Positions 60,008-64,000 of a stretch of 64,000 bases of DNA are shown piece by piece. The stretch covers positions 1,696,001-1,760,000 of the forward strand of contig OZ242214.1 in NCBI GenBank assembly GCA_965206595.1, given 5' to 3'. The position numbers were made by a program, and so were the translations under genes. This stretch comes from Candidatus Latescibacterota bacterium. GTDB lineage: Bacteria > Latescibacterota > UBA2968 > UBA8231. The notes beneath the pieces were generated by a model. That model was not told the DNA's origin and did no database searches. It saw nothing but the letters and a program-made list of their open reading frames with translations. Position 1 is the stretch's first letter. Every line of letters starts with the position of its first letter.

Positions 60008-61882
60008 ATGGTCGACTCGGCACCTTCGAAGCGATATTCCTCCGGGAATAATGAAGGGGCCGAAACCCGCGATTCCGTGGTCATCCGCTTCTCCGGTGAT
60101 TCCGGCGACGGGATGCAGTTGACAGGGGAGCAGTTCACCAACACCTCCGCGGTCTTCGGCAACGACGTCAGTACTTTTCCGGATATCCCCGCGGAAATCC
60201 GGGCACCTGCCGGGACGATTCCCGGTTTGAGCGGCTTCCAGGTCCACTTCGGCTCCTCCGATCTGTACACAGCCGGAGATCAACCGCAGGTCCTCGTCGC
60301 CATGAACCCGGCAGCTCTCAGGGCAAACCTCGAGGACTTGGAGCCGGGCGGGGTCATCATCGCCAATAGTGATGCCTTCACCAAAAACAACCTGCGCAAA
60401 GCCGGCTATTCAGAGTCACCGCTTATGGGAGATTCCCTGAATGGCTACGAACTGCACCAGGTTGCTCTGACATCGATGACCCGCAGGGCCTTGGAGGGCA
60501 TCGACGGCATGTCGAACCAGCAAAAGGACTTGTGCAAAAACGCTTTTGCGCTCGGACTTGCTTTCTGGATGTTCGACAGGCCGCTCGAAACGACCCTGAA
60601 TTTTTACCAGACGAAGTTCGGCAAGAATTCGCGGGTGGTGGAAGCAAATACCCGCGCCCTCAAGGCAGGCTATCACTTCGGCGAGACGACCGAGACGTTT
60701 CAGTCCCGGGTTCGCGTCCCGGGCCGCACGCACGTAGAGCCGGGAACGTACCGTCGCATTACCGGCAACGAAGCCCTGGTTCTCGGGTTGGTGACGGCTG
60801 CCAAGAAGGCGAACAAACCGCTCTTCTACGGCAGTTATCCGATCACCCCGGCAACTCCCATACTCGAAGGGCTCGCCCCTCTAAAGCATTTCAACGTCCG
60901 CACTTTTCAGGCTGAAGACGAGATGGCAGCCATCGGATCGGTGGTCGGGGCGGCTTTCGGGGGGGCGTTGGCTGCCACCGCGAGCAGTGGTCCCGGGATT
61001 TCGCTCAAGAGCGAGGGGGTCAATTTGGCAGTCGCTCTGGAACTACCTCTCCTGGTAATCGATGTCCAGCGCGGGGGACCGAGTACGGGTCTGCCCACCA
61101 AGACGGAACAGGCGGATCTGCTGTCCGTGTTGTACGGCCGCAACGGAGAAAGCCCGGTTCCCGTACTCGCCGCGGCGACCTCGGGTGAGTGCTTCGACCT
61201 CGCGCTTCAAGCCTTTCGCATCGCCGTACGCTACATGACCCCGGTGTACCTGTTGTCCGATGGCTACCTCGCCAATAATTCTGAGCCTTGGAAGATTCCG
61301 AATGTGGACGAGATCGAACCGATTGTCGTCGAACATCGCACCGACCCGGCAGGTTACCAGCCCTACATGCGAGACCCTGAGACTCAGGCGAGGCCCTGGG
61401 TCCTGCCGGGAACTCCCGGCCTCGAGCACCGCATTGGCGGTCTGGGCAAGCGGGATGTGACCGGGGATGTGTCGTATGCCCCCTTCGACCACGAAGAAAT
61501 CGTCGCCAAGAGGGCGCAAAAGATAGCCGGCATCGCAGATTTCATCCCCGAATTGGAAGTCGAAGGCCCCGATCAGGGGGATTTGTTGGTGTTGGGCTGG
61601 GGCGGTACGTTCGGAGCGATCAAAACGGCAGTTGGTCAGGTAGCCGCTGAGGGCAAGTCAGTAGCCAGTGCCCATCTTCGTTATCTGAACCCGTTTCCAC
61701 GCAATCTCGGAAACGTCCTCGGACGTTTTCGCCAAGTCCTGGTGCCGGAGCTGAATCTGGGTCAGCTCGCACTGCTGATCCAGGGACGCTACCCGGTGAG
61801 AGTAATTTCGTTGAACAAGGTGCAGGGACAGCCGTTCCAGATCCGCGAGATCGTCGCCAAGATCAAACAGGTAGTGGGGTAG
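60008..61882 (+). CDS. korA: 2-oxoacid:ferredoxin oxidoreductase alpha subunit
   Basis: GDSGDGMQLTG, YPITPAT, QAEDE, SSGPG, QRGGPSTGLPTKTEQ. Confidence 0.95.
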   Translation: MVDSAPSKRYSSGNNEGAETRDSVVIRFSGDSGDGMQLTGEQFTNTSAVFGNDVSTFPDIPAEIRAPAGTIPGLSGFQVHFGSSDLYTAGDQPQVLVAMNPAALRANLEDLEPGGVIIANSDAFTKNNLRKAGYSESPLMGDSLNGYELHQVALTSMTRRALEGIDGMSNQQKDLCKNAFALGLAFWMFDRPLETTLNFYQTKFGKNSRVVEANTRALKAGYHFGETTETFQSRVRVPGRTHVEPGTYRRITGNEALVLGLVTAAKKANKPLFYGSYPITPATPILEGLAPLKHFNVRTFQAEDEMAAIGSVVGAAFGGALAATASSGPGISLKSEGVNLAVALELPLLVIDVQRGGPSTGLPTKTEQADLLSVLYGRNGESPVPVLAAATSGECFDLALQAFRIAVRYMTPVYLLSDGYLANNSEPWKIPNVDEIEPIVVEHRTDPAGYQPYMRDPETQARPWVLPGTPGLEHRIGGLGKRDVTGDVSYAPFDHEEIVAKRAQKIAGIADFIPELEVEGPDQGDLLVLGWGGTFGAIKTAVGQVAAEGKSVASAHLRYLNPFPRNLGNVLGRFRQVLVPELNLGQLALLIQGRYPVRVISLNKVQGQPFQIREIVAKIKQVVG

Positions 61883-61904
61883 TGATGGACGTAGGAAATC
61901 CGAT

Positions 61905-62930
61905 ATGAGTGAGGCAGTCGCAGAAAGCAAGCTGACGCGGAAGGACTTCGTCTCCGACCAGGAGGTGCGCTGGTGTCCTGGATGCGGTGACTACGCAATC
62001 CTGGCCCAGATGCAAAAAATACTGCCCGAAGTGGGGGTTGCCCGCGAGAAGATGGTCTTCGTTTCCGGCATCGGCTGCTCGAGTCGTTTTCCGTACTACA
62101 TGAACACGTACGGCATACATTCCATCCACGGCAGGGCCCCGACCATCGCAACCGGGCTCAAATCGGTCAATCCCGACCTCAGCGTGTGGGTCATCACCGG
62201 GGACGGCGACGGGCTCTCGATCGGGGGCAATCACCTGCTGCACTGCCTGCGGCGCAACGTTGATCTCAAAATCATCCTCTTCAATAATCGAGTCTACGGC
62301 TTGACCAAGGGGCAGTACTCTCCGACATCGCTGATCGGTCACCGCACGAAATCGACGCCGATGGGTTCGATCGACTACCCGTTGCAGCCGATCTCAGTGG
62401 CGATTGGAGCCGAGGCTACTTTTGTCGCCCGCACGCAGGATACCAACACCAAGCACCTCAGTGAGGTCCTGAGGCGTGCAGCGGACCACAACGGAACCGC
62501 GTTCGTCGAGGTTTTTCAGAACTGTGTCGTCTACCATCCGACCGCTTGGCACCACACGACTGACACCCACGTGCGTGACGACAATATCGTTTTCGTCGAG
62601 GAAGGCCAGCCCTTGGTCTTTGGCAAGGACCGTGACCGGGGTGTGCGCATGAACGGTCAGCATCCCGAGGTGGTGACTTTGGGCAACGGAGTGACCGAGA
62701 GGGACCTGATCGTGCACACGGAAGCGATCGAAAACACCAGCTACGCGTACATGTTGTCGCGTATGGAGAATCCGGAATTCCCGTTGCCTTTCGGCATCCT
62801 CCGCGCCTTGGAGAGACCTGCGTACACGGATATGCTGATAGCGCAAGTCGAAACGGCCATAGAGCAGAATGGCGAGGGTGACTTGAATAACCTCCTTCAC
62901 AGTGCAGATACCTGGGAGGAAATCGGATGA
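61905..62930 (+). CDS. korB: 2-oxoacid:ferredoxin oxidoreductase beta subunit
   Basis: WCPGCGD, SGIGCS, HGRA, GDGD..SIGGNH..NNRVYGLTKGQ. Confidence 0.95.
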   Translation: MSEAVAESKLTRKDFVSDQEVRWCPGCGDYAILAQMQKILPEVGVAREKMVFVSGIGCSSRFPYYMNTYGIHSIHGRAPTIATGLKSVNPDLSVWVITGDGDGLSIGGNHLLHCLRRNVDLKIILFNNRVYGLTKGQYSPTSLIGHRTKSTPMGSIDYPLQPISVAIGAEATFVARTQDTNTKHLSEVLRRAADHNGTAFVEVFQNCVVYHPTAWHHTTDTHVRDDNIVFVEEGQPLVFGKDRDRGVRMNGQHPEVVTLGNGVTERDLIVHTEAIENTSYAYMLSRMENPEFPLPFGILRALERPAYTDMLIAQVETAIEQNGEGDLNNLLHSADTWEEIG

Positions 62931-62996
62931 CCAAATCCCAACCGGGGCCTACGGAAATCTCCTCAATCTGGGGCCGATTCATTCCGTCAAACGGTC

Positions 62997-63665
62997 TTGC
63001 GTCCGTTCCTGATACTTCAAGACCAGTTCGACATGTCCGGCCCTCTTGCCGAGGTCGGCACTTCGGCGGCGGGATCTTATCAATCTGCTTTTAGGCGGGA
63101 CGCCACAGTGACGGGATTTGCCGGAAATGTTGGCAGCCAGGGGGTCATCTGTCCTGCGTGCGGGTACGACAACATCGCCGGATCCGATGTCTGCGAGGAG
63201 TGCAACCAGAGCCTATCCGAGCAGTACATGGAGGATGTCGAGACCGCAGCCGAGACGAGCATCTTTACACGTCCGCTTCTCGAGTTGAACCCGCGACCTG
63301 CCGAATGCGTAGAACCGCAAACATCCATAGCAGAAGCGATATCGCGTCTCCAAGGCCGCAACATGGGTTGCGTGCTGGTGACCGGAAACGGTGGTGAGCT
63401 CGCCGGTATTTTTACAGAACGGGACGTCCTCTACAAGGTGGTGGGGTTGATTGGCAATCTCGACGCCTTTACGGTCGAGAGTCTGATGACGCCGGGACCG
63501 TCGGCACTCAAGCCATCCGATCCCATCAGCCATGCCCTGCATCTGATGGGGCTTCACGGCTTTCGGCATGTCCCCCTCGTCGACGAAGACGGGATTCCGG
63601 TCGGTTACGTATCATTCAGAGATATTGTTCGTTTCATGGAGGAAATGCTCTCGCCCCCGGAATAG
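62997..63665 (+). CDS. Zinc-ribbon plus CBS-pair protein (start uncertain)
   Basis: CPACG..CEEC, LAGIFTERD, GFRHVPLVD. Confidence 0.85.
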   Translation: MRPFLILQDQFDMSGPLAEVGTSAAGSYQSAFRRDATVTGFAGNVGSQGVICPACGYDNIAGSDVCEECNQSLSEQYMEDVETAAETSIFTRPLLELNPRPAECVEPQTSIAEAISRLQGRNMGCVLVTGNGGELAGIFTERDVLYKVVGLIGNLDAFTVESLMTPGPSALKPSDPISHALHLMGLHGFRHVPLVDEDGIPVGYVSFRDIVRFMEEMLSPPE

Positions 63666-64000
63666 CGGGCCCCGAAGGGAGTCCGAGAGAGATCCAGGAT
63701 TGAACTCGCGAGGTTCGGCTATTAGCCGCTGGGCCTCGTTTTTTTTCGCAGACGAAATAAGGTCGGAGTCCCCCAAAAATGCCAAGAATTCGCCGCCTGA
63801 CTGCTGTTTGCGCCCTCATCGTCGCCGGGGTTCTATTTCCGTCACCGGGATCGACCGAACTCCGCTCCGAAGACCTCACAATTGTTCGTTCCGTCACTGA
63901 GCGCGACTGGCTGAACCTGAAGTTGGAGCTTCTCGGACTTCGCCTCAGCTACCCGGCGTACAGAGTAAGCCTATACCTAACCCCCTCCAACGTCATCGCT

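Noticed and set aside
63666-64000. Terminal ORFs 63568-63900 and 63634-63897
   Set aside because: No recognisable motifs; the context is cut by the window edge

Overview
High-GC window from a diderm bacterium (TonB receptors, OmpA, Lnt, BamA-like gene). The gene repertoire suggests Ca. Latescibacterota or a similar FCB/PVC-adjacent lineage, but that is inference only. 1-30 kb is accessory and catabolic: an IS3 end, a B12 radical SAM gene, TonB receptors, a GHMP kinase, a CoA-transferase, amidohydrolases, sugar-acid enzymes, and BCCT and MATE transporters. 30-41.5 kb is housekeeping on the minus strand: aspS, a lipoprotein/LysM pair, phoH-pgpH-like-ybeY-corC, tRNA-fMet, a sigma region-4-only gene, and lnt fused to a lipase-like domain. 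41.6-49.9 kb is a decaying island bounded by IS3 and IS630, holding several envelope pseudogenes. 50-64 kb carries an aldolase, a sulfotransferase, an HTH-MBL fusion, an alternative sigma70 gene divergent from a full-length UvrA paralogue whose two ATPase sites are both degenerate, and korAB flanked by two CBS proteins. The most notable leads are the Lnt-alpha/beta-hydrolase fusion with its sigma4-only partner, the UvrA pseudo-ATPase, the CBS-korAB-CBS module, and the radical SAM/ART-like pair. Several frameshifts lie in homopolymer or dinucleotide runs and may be sequencing errors. No CRISPR array or rRNA was seen. All family assignments are from motif recognition, not database searches.
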